The notes below the pieces were generated by a model. It was not told the DNA's origin, made no database searches, and saw nothing but the letters and a program-made list of their open reading frames with translations. A DNA stretch of 61,677 nt, filler included, from Basidiobolus ranarum (lineage: Eukaryota), in assembly GCA_040143965.1 (NCBI GenBank). It is 23 parts of 23 records of this genome, joined end to end, with 100 filler letters (N's around TTAATTAATTAA, not from the genome) between each part and the next. Parts side by side here need not be neighbours in the genome. Positions count along the whole stretch, not along the records: positions 10,776 to 13,365 come from JASJQH010010043.1; positions 13,466 to 16,055 come from JASJQH010010044.1; positions 16,156 to 18,744 come from JASJQH010010045.1; positions 18,845 to 21,433 come from JASJQH010010046.1; 19 more parts are not named here. One strand, written 5' to 3'. Both the position numbers and the translations under genes were made by a program. Each line of letters starts with the position of its first letter. Position 1 is the stretch's first letter. Positions 11,164 through 21,533 of the stretch are shown here, piece after piece.

Positions 11164-12026
11164 CCATCATCAAATGTACTAGCATGCTGGAAATTGATAC
11201 AAGATGATCCTCTTGCTACAGCATTGGCTTTACAGCTGCATGAAACAAAACAGCCTAAAATTGTTGCTATAGACTTCCAGCCCAACCTTTGGAAGCAAAA
11301 CCTTGCCTCTAAGACACCTTTCTTGATTCCCATTATTCCAGGTTTTTGTCCTATTGTCCATCTGGTTTGTACTGAGTACCTTCCTTTCTACTTACCACCT
11401 TTGCCCCTTAACACTACACTTATATCCTGTGAACTTGATTACATTGGTCATCAAGTCAAGTATGGATATGATCAAGTATTGTCATAATATCTTAGAAAAT
11501 TGATGTCTTGATTGTCACTTTGTTTAGATTAGTATTTAAGCGAAATAAAGTCCACACCATCTGGTGCTTTCATCCCCCTAACCCTAAGAAGTGGCTAGCT
11601 ACACCATCTTGAACTAAAGTATCATGCTGGAAACTGATACAACTTGACCCTCCTGTGTCCACTTTAGTTTTACAACTACATGAAACAAAACAGTCCAAGA
11701 TTTTTGCTGTAGACTTCCAGCCAGGCTTTTAGAAGTAATATCTTGACTCCAAGACACCTTTTTTGATCCCCACTACTGCAGGTTTTGTCCTATTGTCCAT
11801 TTGGTTTGTATTGAGTATCTTCCTTTCTGCTTACCACCTGTGCCCCTTAACACTAGATTTACATCCTCAGAACCATATTACATTGGTCATCAAGTTAAGT
11901 ATGGATATGATCTAGTTTTGTCACAATATCTTAGAAGATTGATGTTATATTTGTTGCTTTGTTTAGATTAGTATATAAGCTAAATAAATTCCACACCACC
12001 TGATGCTTTTATCCTCCTAACCCTAA
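11164..12026 (+). mobile_element. Two head-to-tail ~430-bp 3' fragments of a LINE (11164-11587, 11588-12026)
   Basis: Both match the 3' part of the RT-bearing element at 28082-29090 and end in AATAAA, a CACC/GGTG-like stem-loop and CC(C/T)CCTAACCCTAA. Confidence 0.75.
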
Positions 12027-12428
12027 AAGTGCTTCAAGAGTATTTAAAAGTATAAAGGGAAAAATGTGGTGCAAGTATGCAGCAAGTGGCTTCAGAAGAA
12101 GAGTATTCAGCTTGACATTTAATCTGATATTGATCATGTGGACATCTGGCAAGAACTTAACACAGAGTGGTACTATGTTGCAGGATATCTGCCAGGTAGC
12201 TGGAAGAATGATGATTTAGCAATGTTAATGCAACAGTGGGCTTTGATGGAGATACTGATACAAAGTCATGTTGAATATGAGCTAAACCTTGGGTATTAAG
12301 TACTGTGGTAAGCATGCAGAGTTTGGGTTACATTTTTGACACATGTGTTGATCTATAGTTTTCTGATATTGTAGCCAATTATGTGTAACTATTTTGGAAG
12401 ATCTTTAAGTTTCACTTCTGGATTTGAA

Positions 12429-12536
12429 ATCAAATCCAACTTGATGATTTTGTGATAGTAAGTAAACAGTCAGCCCAAAATAGATTAAAATTGTGATGGT
12501 TTTCTCACAATAAACATCCTCAAATTTCTGTTAGGG
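12429..12536. repeat. Dispersed repeat, probable DNA transposon terminus ending ...AATTTCTGTTAGGG
   Basis: Second copy at 16156-16263; similarity stops abruptly after TTAGGG in both. Confidence 0.6.
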
Positions 12537-13465
12537 AACAAGAGCCACTATATTCCCTCATTGCTTTATTATAATACAAGAAATGACTTGCTTATAGTCT
12601 TTGGAAAACTTGAGCACTGCTGACTATTCTAATGTTAGTAACTTCTGTATATTGCAAGAAAAGTGTGTACATGATAGATTGTATTATCCAAACCCCCCAC
12701 TATCTTGTGTACTTGGAAAAATACCTCTCCCATCTGATGAAAATGACACATTTGAACATCTATAGAGTCATATGGTTAACTGCCTAAATTTCAGTATGCT
12801 GTTATTCAATATCTTGGTTCCAAATTCAAGTAAAATATTGCTATCAACTAGGAAGCTCTCCGGTTAGATGACAAAAAAACTACCTAGATATATAAATTGA
12901 GGACGTGACCAGAATCTCGGATTTAGCGTAAATCAAGCAGTGGATGTGTAGAGCAAATTTTGATTTATTATATCACAGCACAGCAACTTGTACTCGAGCC
13001 AGCATTTCTCTCTTTTTTAGCGATTTTTGAGTATAGTGGCTTTTGTGTGCTTGACCCTACCCTCGTCTTTCTATATTTGGACTTGGCAAAAAAAGGCATT
13101 CCCTTTAGCTTAAAATTCTTAAAAGAGTTAAAGAGGATATGTGAAATGAGATTAGTGGTTAATAGATAGGACTAATGTGAAGCTGTATAGAACTGAGGTA
13201 ACTACAAACTATTCAAGGGATATATTTTAAGAAGAGCGTTGATTCAAGAATTGGGTCCATTCGGCATGTTCCTGTTCTTTGCTGCATTTTTCGAATCTCA
13301 TCCCATTTTTTCCTTTGACAAGGCGCACGATCTTGCCAAATGCTCGAAAACGAACTATTTGCCCTNNNNNNNNNNNNNNNNNNNNNNNNNNNNNNNNNNN
13401 NNNNNNNNNTTAATTAATTAANNNNNNNNNNNNNNNNNNNNNNNNNNNNNNNNNNNNNNNNNNNN

Positions 13466-13758
13466 GGGTTCATGTATGTGAGCTGTGCATTCATAGGCCC
13501 AATTTTGGGACTCATTGATCTATTACTCAGAGCTTCTTCTGATCGCATTAGATCTCCAGGTGCGGGATAATAGTTTACGGCTTCTGGCATTCCATTGGGT
13601 ACTTCAGTAGGAAATATTTTGGTTGAAGGGCCCACAGGAATGCTATTCTCTTCATTATTTTGGTTCGAATCAATTTGATTGATTTGATCAGGAAAATCAT
13701 GATTTTTGTCTCCATCTGAGGTCATAATGGGTGAAAATATTTCATTTTCATTAAACAA
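13466..13758 (-). CDS. Possible host exon, low-complexity N/P/S-rich, unknown product
   Basis: Open frame to the contig edge; no recognisable motif. Confidence 0.3.
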
Positions 13759-13838
13759 CCATCCCTGGACTTGACTAACTTGGAAATTTTGGTATCATAG
13801 AGTCTGTAGACCTTAGTTTGAAGGCAATGCATTCAAAC

Positions 13839-14645
13839 TGTCATAATAAGGAACTGGACAAGGACTGAAAACAAGGACAAGAGGCTGAAAGGCAGGAGAG
13901 TACTTGGATGTAGACCACAAGGCTAGAGAGGTCAGAACTGGCCAGGGAAGATAGTTTGGCAAGAATTTTTATTGATAACTGGCATTGTTCAGACTGAGGT
14001 CTGATCAAGGGAAATATGGAGCTTATATTTGTATTTCAGGGTGAAACATAATATACTAAATAGGGCTTATACTTGCAGTGGATGAGTATGCCAAGATCAC
14101 AACTATGAGAGTATTCCCTCCTTTAGTGATGGCTTCCAGACATCATAGGGCCAGGTTTTTCTAGGTAGGCTTCATAAAACTCCTGGCAAAGTTCCTTAGA
14201 ATTGGAAAGATTTGTTGCTGGCTCCCATGATTGAGTATTTGTTGAGTATCCCTTCCAGTCTACTAAAGATTGAAACTTGCATTGATAAATTCTGGAATGT
14301 AGAATTTTGCTAACTTCATATTCAGTGTGTTCTTCAACTTAGATTGCTGGGGGTGGGCCAATGGATTGGCCCAGGAAGGTTTTGTGGCATGTGACTCTAG
14401 TAGAGACACATGTGATACATTGTGCACTTGGAAATGGGCTAGGAGTTTAATGCAGAAGGCTACAGAATCAATGAGCTTAATAATCTTAAAAGGCCCTGGT
14501 CTATAATGATCAAGTTTATCACAAGGTCTGGTGCCTTTGATATTTTTCTGGAGTAGCCAAACATAATCTCCTGGCTTGAGATCTGGGCTTGGCATTCTTT
14601 TTTTATCAGCAAAGTTCTTATATTGAGTTTGAGCATGCTCCAACT
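13839..14645 (-). mobile_element. Chromoviral Ty3/gypsy 3' end: integrase GPF region, chromodomain, polypurine tract and internally deleted 3' LTR D (13839-~14111)
   Basis: KLDH..PGPFKI, VSHVSLLE, then EYEV..IL.SR....LVDWKGY.....SWEP..NL; AAAGGAGGGAATA precedes the LTR. Confidence 0.85.
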
Positions 14646-15659
14646 TATATATTAATTAATTTATCCATATTTGATTTACCCATACTTCTAGCCAATCATA
14701 TTGCACCATTAATGTTACCCTCTATTATTTCAGATTTATCAGTATTAACCCACATTAGCCCTATGATTTTCAGGAAAATTCCACAATCTTCAGGAACATT
14801 CCACAAGATTATTGGGATACTTGATGATTAATTGAGTTTTGATCAATCAAAACTTGATTATGCCGGAACATTCCATGACGTTCTGGATTATTCCACAATC
14901 TACCGGAACATTCCATGGATTACTAATCTTCTGATTTATGGTGATATCATAACCCCAGATCCTCACCAATAGAATTCACTTGTACTCTCTGGAAATTCTC
15001 ATTAGTAATAATATCTAACTTCAGAAAAGTATAATGAGGAGCCATTTCTCTTCAAATAAAAATCATCCTGGTTTTCAACTAACAATTACTACTTGTGATC
15101 ACCCCTTATTTTCATCACTGCTTACCAGACCTTTGAAGAGGAAGCTCAAGTGAGACTACTAGAGGCAGTTACAGGCTACTGTGTTACTAGAATGGACTTG
15201 ACAGGTGTAAAGGAAGTACTAACAGATAGGTGCTATATTTCTGATATGTTATATTTATTTCCTTAGCTTTGTCTTCATTGGCAAGCAACTTTTCATATAC
15301 TGGATAAATCACTACTAGTGTATCCTTGTTCAAGGCCCTGCTGGCTGAGTTTACAGTTGTTTTGATTGGATATACCCTTTTTATCTGTTCATTCTCAAAG
15401 GACATTGAGGCAAGTATGTTCTTTTGTCAGCTGCCAGCATATTATTCAACAGAAAGCTAGACATTGAATTGTTGTTTATCAGTCCTGAGACACTTCTAGT
15501 GGCTTGATTCCCTTTCACAAATACCCAAGAGGCAAGAGACAGACATATATTATAGTACTTCCCACAGTTATTCAACTGTTGTTATTGCACCCTTTGAACA
15601 CCTCATAAAACCATTAGGATATTGCAGTTATAGATGCTGCTTACACCCCAAAACAGCTA

Positions 15660-15900
15660 CAATGGTAAAATAAGGAGTTTAGTTTTGTGTTTGGATTGTA
15701 GTAATACATATGCCTGATAGAGTAAACTCCATTGCTTTGAAAAATCTACCACAAGATAGTGCATTGTGGATACCTAATCCTCCAAGTTTTCTGATGGCAG
15801 GAGTGTCACCAATACATACAATGAGATTAGCTTTAACACAATATTCACTCATCTAAAACCTATTTGATAACCATTCAAATTATGCAATCAAAGGCTCCAA
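15660..15900 (-). mobile_element. CACTA-type transposase fragment
   Basis: IGDTPAIRKLGG...HNALSC; matches 36740-36960. Confidence 0.75.
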
Positions 15901-15901
15901 G

Positions 15902-16055
15902 TGTTGAAATTAGCATTGCCTAAGCACCTATATAGTCATATATAGCTTAGTACTTAGTTATCTTATAATTCACTAAGATATTATCAATTATTCTCAATCT
16001 GAATTTACTTAAAATATATTTACCAACTTAGAAGTTCTCAGATATATAGATTTTT
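15902..16055 (+). repeat. Copia LTR family B, partial
   Basis: TGTTGAAATTAGCATTGCCTAA start, as at 6433. Confidence 0.85.
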
Positions 16056-16155
16056 NNNNNNNNNNNNNNNNNNNNNNNNNNNNNNNNNNNNNNNNNNNNT
16101 TAATTAATTAANNNNNNNNNNNNNNNNNNNNNNNNNNNNNNNNNNNNNNNNNNNN

Positions 16156-16263
16156 ATCAAATCTAACTTGACGTTTTTATGACGGTAAGTAAACGGTCAA
16201 CCCCAAATGGATTAAAATTGTGACGGTTTTCCTACGATAACAATCCTCAAATTTCTGTTAGGG
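16156..16263. repeat. Second copy of the probable DNA transposon terminus (CpG-intact)
   Basis: Aligns with 12429-12536; followed by TTAA. Confidence 0.6.
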
Positions 16264-16269
16264 TTAACC

Positions 16270-17240
16270 CAACTTGTCTTAATGTTAAAGACAAATTGCT
16301 AATTCAGTGTTCAAGAGCTAAAACTGCCAATAAGATATGGAAAGCCTTGGAAGACACCAACCAAACTAGTTCTGCTGCCAACAAGTTGTTTCTAAGAAGA
16401 CAATTCTTGAATTCAAGGATGAAGCTAGGAGAAGACATGAGATCACAAATCCATAGAGTCACAATTTTGGTCAATGAAATGGAATGCTTTAGAGTATCTA
16501 TTACTGATCAGGATATCATAGTTGCAGTCCTGGATAGCCTGCCACACAAGTTTCAGAGCATAGGATTGGCTCTAGACGCAAAAACTGAAAATTCAACTTT
16601 AAATTATGTATTTGGCAGACTTCTGGATGAAGATTTATGCAAAAAATGATCCAACCAAAAAAATGCAGAAAATACTTTAATAGTCTTTGGGAAACCTTCC
16701 AATGAAGGCCAAAGCCACTTCAACAACAAGAGTAACATATCTTGTGATTAATTGTTAGAAAACTGGCCTTTGAAGTAAAGATTGTTTTAATAGAATTGCT
16801 AAATAAGAAAAACAAACTGAATCTAGATATGTGGTTCCAACAGAAGATCACTTGTCCATATCTGCTCTATCTATGGCTACCAACAAGGATTCTGAGATAT
16901 AGTATATTGACTCTGGAGCCTCCCAACATTTCACAAATGAACAACATTAGTTTGTGAATTGTGAAGAAGTCCCAATTAGAAAGGTTTTCATAGGAGATGA
17001 CCACACATTGGATGCTGTTGGAATGGACACAATGCAAGTCAATTTAACTGGTGCTTTTGAAGAGAATGTAATACTTTTAAGGATGTAGTACATGTTCCAG
17101 ATACTGCCAAGAATTTAATATCTGTATGCAAGGCCCCCCTAGAAGGGTTGAGATTCAGTTTTGATAAGTCAGGATGCACCATCATTGATCAAAATGGGAG
17201 TTATTTAGCTTTGGGATAAAAGGATCAGAATTTATACAAA
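16270..17240 (+). mobile_element. Copia gag-protease remnant
   Basis: TANKIWKALE..SAANKLFLRRQF, LDSLP, YIDSGASQH, KDVVHVP..KNLISV. Confidence 0.85.
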
Positions 17241-17799
17241 CTTACATACAATCCAAGAGGTTTATATGTTAATATAAGTTAAGAGGTTTATGTGTAAGTA
17301 TAATTCAATCAAGAAAATATTTAATAAATGCATAAGAGATTTGGCCATATTGGATTTGTCTTTTGAGCAAAATGATCAAAATTGCCTAATTTCTGTTAAT
17401 ATAACCACCCAACCAAAATGTAAATTTGTGACATTTATATATTTGGAAAACAAGCCAGGCAGCTGTTCAAGAGCTCTAGTTTAATTAAAAATTTGGCTCC
17501 AATTGATTCAGAATTAGAAGCAACTTATTATATTGTGTTTTAGTTACTTTATTCTTAAGTGTGTACAGTGACTTACATAGTAGAAGAGTGACTATAATGT
17601 CTGAGATATTCAGGAGTTTGTGTAATAGATATAATAGATAAGTGGGGGTAATAAGACAAACTTGTTTTATAGTTATAGAGATACTCCTATTTAGAATATT
17701 AGGGCTAGAAATACATTGCTCACTGTTAGTGATATATGTATCATAACTAAAGTTAACTAAGATGTTGAATAAAGTTTAATTCACCAACCCCTTCCCTTA

Positions 17800-18270
17800 A
17801 TTCTTATACAGCATTGTGCTTATATTCACCGATGCCTATTCCTGCTCTTAAATTCTCAAAGCTTGAAGTTTTGGGTGGTTTTGTTAGTACATCTGCAAGC
17901 ATGTTCTCAGTATTACTATATATAAAGCTCACTTCTTTGGCTTGATTGTTCTCTCATATAAAATGATGTCTTGTGTGAATATGTTTCATCCTTGAGCGAT
18001 GCTCCAGATTTTTAGTCATCTGAATACAAATAATATTATCTTGATATATTGAGGTAGGATTAACCTGATCATAACCTAGTTTCTTGAGAAGACTCCTTCT
18101 CCATATAGCTTCTTAATAAGCCATAGAGCTTACCATAGATTCTGCTTCTGAAGTGGATAATGCAACAGTCTGTTGTTTCTTGCTAATCCAGCTTATTCGC
18201 CCACTGGCTAGCATAAACAAAGATCCAGTTCTGGACCTATGGTCTTCTATATCATCAGCCAATCTGCATT
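17800..18270 (-). mobile_element. Copia RNase H remnant (probable 3' LTR at ~17250-17789)
   Basis: RSRTG.LF.LA.GRISWISKKQQTVALSTSEAE, KHIHTRHHF, MLADVLTKP; purine tract AAGGGAAGGG. Confidence 0.85.
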
Positions 18271-18744
18271 TATCCTGATTATAGTTGATAGTCCATTGCA
18301 AATATTGTTCCAAAACTTGATTGACACTTTTGGTTTGGCCATCAGATTGGGGATGGAAGGCAGTGGAGAGATTGGCAGAGACACCCAAAGTATGGAGGAG
18401 GCTTTTCCAGAATTTGGAAGCAAACTGAGGTCCTTGGCCAGAGATGATAGTTTCAGGGAGTCCCTGTAGATGGAGGATGTTTTGAGCTACCAATTCTGCT
18501 GTTTGTTTTGCATCAATTGACTTGTTGCATGGCACCAAGTGGGCCATCTTTGTTAGAAGGTCAACAATTACCAGAATTGAATCATATTTGGCAGACATGG
18601 GTAGATAAGTTATGAAGTCCTGGGATATGGATTTCCACCGCTGATCAGGAATTGGAAGTGGCTGCAGGAGGCTAAAGGGCGGATGGCTTGGAGTCTTCAC
18701 TCATGCACAAGTATCATAGGGGGATACATATGTCTTGACAAATG
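18271..18744 (-). mobile_element. Ty3/gypsy integrase remnant
   Basis: LLQPLPIPDQRWKSISQDFIT.LP, ILVIVD.LTKMAH, GLPETIIS.QGPQFASKFW, STAFHPQSDGQT; same family as 10089-10675. Confidence 0.9.
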
Positions 18745-18999
18745 NNNNNNNNNNNNNNNNNNNNNNNNNNNNNNNNNNNNNNNNNNNNTTAATTAATTAA
18801 NNNNNNNNNNNNNNNNNNNNNNNNNNNNNNNNNNNNNNNNNNNNCAATGTGCTCACGGGTTTTCACATTGTTTGAGCACAATACATCATTTGTAAGAATC
18901 AAATTTCTGATTGTATCATCTGGGCTATCATCTTGTTTATATTTTGTTAGTATGACGAACTGTTCTGAAAGTTTGCAAAGATAGGGATTGCTACATTAA

Positions 19000-19930
19000 T
19001 TAGTCAGCAGGCTTTAGCACTTTCTAGCCTTTCTTTAAATGTTTCTTATACTTTTCATTTCATTGCACTATTCCATTTGCTATTTGTCAGTAGGCTTTTG
19101 CACTTTATAAACTCAACCTTAAATGTTTTCCATACTCATAGATTCCTGGCACCATACCCTTTCTTGGTAGACAGTAGCCAGTAGCCTTCAGCACTGCGTA
19201 GACTCTCAAATGTTTTCTGTATCAGTTATCTGTTAAAACCATACCCTTCTTTGTTTTCACTAATCTTTAGCACTTCTTTACCACTTTATAGGCTTTCCTT
19301 TAAGTGTTCCCCATACCTGTCATTCTTGGCACCATACTCTTCATCATTTGTCAGTGGTCTTTAGCTCTTTGTATACTCTCCTTTAAGTGTTTCCTATACT
19401 CGTCGTTTGTGGCACCATACTCTTCATCATTTGTCAGTGGTCTTTAGCTCCCCGTATACTCTCCATTAAGTGTTTCCCATACCCGTCATTTGTGGCACCA
19501 TACTCTTCATCATTTGTCAGTGGTCTTTAGCTCCCCGTATACTCTCCCTCAAGTATTTCCCATACCGCTCATTTCTTGGCACCATACCCTTACCATACCT
19601 TTTGTCGTTTGCAAGCAGTCTTTACCACTTCGCAGCGTTGCCTTTTAGTGTTCCCCATACCTGTCATTTCTTGGCACCGTATTCATCATCACTTGTCAGT
19701 AGTCTCTAGCACTTTATAAACTCTCCTTTCAGTGTTTCACATACCCGCTGATTGTTACCACCATACCCTTCATCATTTGTCAAAAGTATTTAGCGCTTTG
19801 TAGACTTTTCTTAAAGTGTGCTCATACTCATCGTTTGTTATCTCCATACCTTTTATTATTTGTCAGCAGTCCTTCAGGCTCGTAAACTCTTTTTCAAGTG
19901 CTTCCCATACCTGCCGTTGGTTATCACCAT
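19000..19930. repeat. Tandem repeat, ~83-84-bp unit, about 11 copies
   Basis: The GGCACCATAC anchor recurs at 19328, 19411, 19494, 19578 and (variant) 19673; central copies are nearly identical and edge copies diverged. Confidence 0.9.
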
Positions 19931-21533
19931 GTTGACAATGAAGATAGTCTCTACGTGAAGTTGTGCCATTCCTGTGAGCATATTTTGAGTGATATACTTG
20001 AATCAACGTAGCACGAGTCATTTTGACAGTCAGTACTGACATTTTTGGTATTCACTTGAATATGTATCTATTCTTTAATCAGAATCAACCCAGCCTGATC
20101 TTTTTGGTGGGGTTATGATGGAGAGTTGTACCTCGACAAGGTCAAGTTGTAGAATCCAAGTCTAGTTAGAGAATAATCTTTGGCAGTTAAAGAGGCAGTT
20201 TTTAAACAGAATTACTGTTTATATATAAAGTTTACTGCCATTCATATGGTCGTTCAAATAATTAATTAAAAATATGCAGTGTTGAAGGTATACGCTGTTA
20301 TTTGTTTTAAGTACACAAGGTAATATTGAAAGTGGCTAAGCAAATTGCTACCTTTATATAACACTTATTAAAGGCTTTACTAATTGGGTAGAGTGGCATC
20401 TACCTATAACCGAAGTTTCTGAGGGACTAGTTGGGTGAAGGCTTGAGTAGCTGATGGCTTCGATTCATGTCGAGGATGTTGTCCACTGAAGCCCAGTGTT
20501 GACATTGATACCAACGAGCAATTGAGAGGTATCAAGGTTATTAAAGACTTGGGGAATGCATGAGACTGGCAACGGAGCAACAAAAACCAAGCGTACTGGA
20601 GCAGTCAGAGGTTCACAAATCAGAGTGAATGGTCATTAGTAGCTGCTATGTTAAAGTTTGACTACTAACTATTTTCATAAATTTATTTTTGAATAATCAG
20701 TGCTGAATATAGGGGATTGGTGTAAATCATCTATTCCGAACCATATACAAATATACCATATACAAATCTGAATCAAGGTGTAGTAGATGTGATTAGACAT
20801 ACGATTAGCCTAAGTGGAGTAAAATCTGACCAGGGAGAAGTTGTCGCTTCTTGGTCTAAAGGAGTGAATAATATTACACCAGGAGGGAATGAAATACCAC
20901 AGGATTTTGAGTTTGGTATGGAAGTTTCTCCAACACCACCTGGAGTTGATTTTAGCTCTGGAGATACTTTACAGCATTAGATTCCGGGTTCAACAATGAG
21001 AATAACGATGCACAGGGAATAGATGGTACAAGCTCATCAAACGCTATACCCTGACAGTTAGTGAACACTCTTGCCCAGTCTTTACCTCAACAAGCATTAG
21101 CTGGTCTGGTCCAAGAGAGTTTAGCACAAGCACGGCATTCACTGTTCGATTCAAATAGGTTTGATCAAGCACAGACGATGGATCAAACATTATAACAGCC
21201 TTCGCAGCCTATGGAACAAGAACAGCCTTCTTCACCAGAAGAAACTGATTGTGTAGTAGGTGTAAATGAGAATATGATATGTGACTTGCTAATACATTTG
21301 CCCTCACCAAATAGTTATCTTGTATTCATTAATATCAAGCATGACGCAACACACCATCTAAGGCTCCAAAGTACGAACAATTCTATTGATTTCTTCTACA
21401 GAGGCCCTAGTAGGTTTAAAGGTAATGATATTANNNNNNNNNNNNNNNNNNNNNNNNNNNNNNNNNNNNNNNNNNNNTTAATTAATTAANNNNNNNNNNN
21501 NNNNNNNNNNNNNNNNNNNNNNNNNNNNNNNNN

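Noticed and set aside
11574-11587. True chromosome telomere
   Set aside because: Only about two repeats, internal to contigs, and always attached to the same retroelement tail.
13816-13838. GTTTGAA...TTCAAAC hairpin as a self-priming PBS of the gypsy element
   Set aside because: It flanks the 3' LTR (downstream of the chromodomain and polypurine tract), not the 5' LTR.
19000-19930. CRISPR array
   Set aside because: The whole unit repeats with no unique spacers; eukaryotic context and no cas genes.
20800-21260. Q/S/P-rich host gene
   Set aside because: Frame interrupted by stops with no recognisable domain; at most an unassignable pseudogene.
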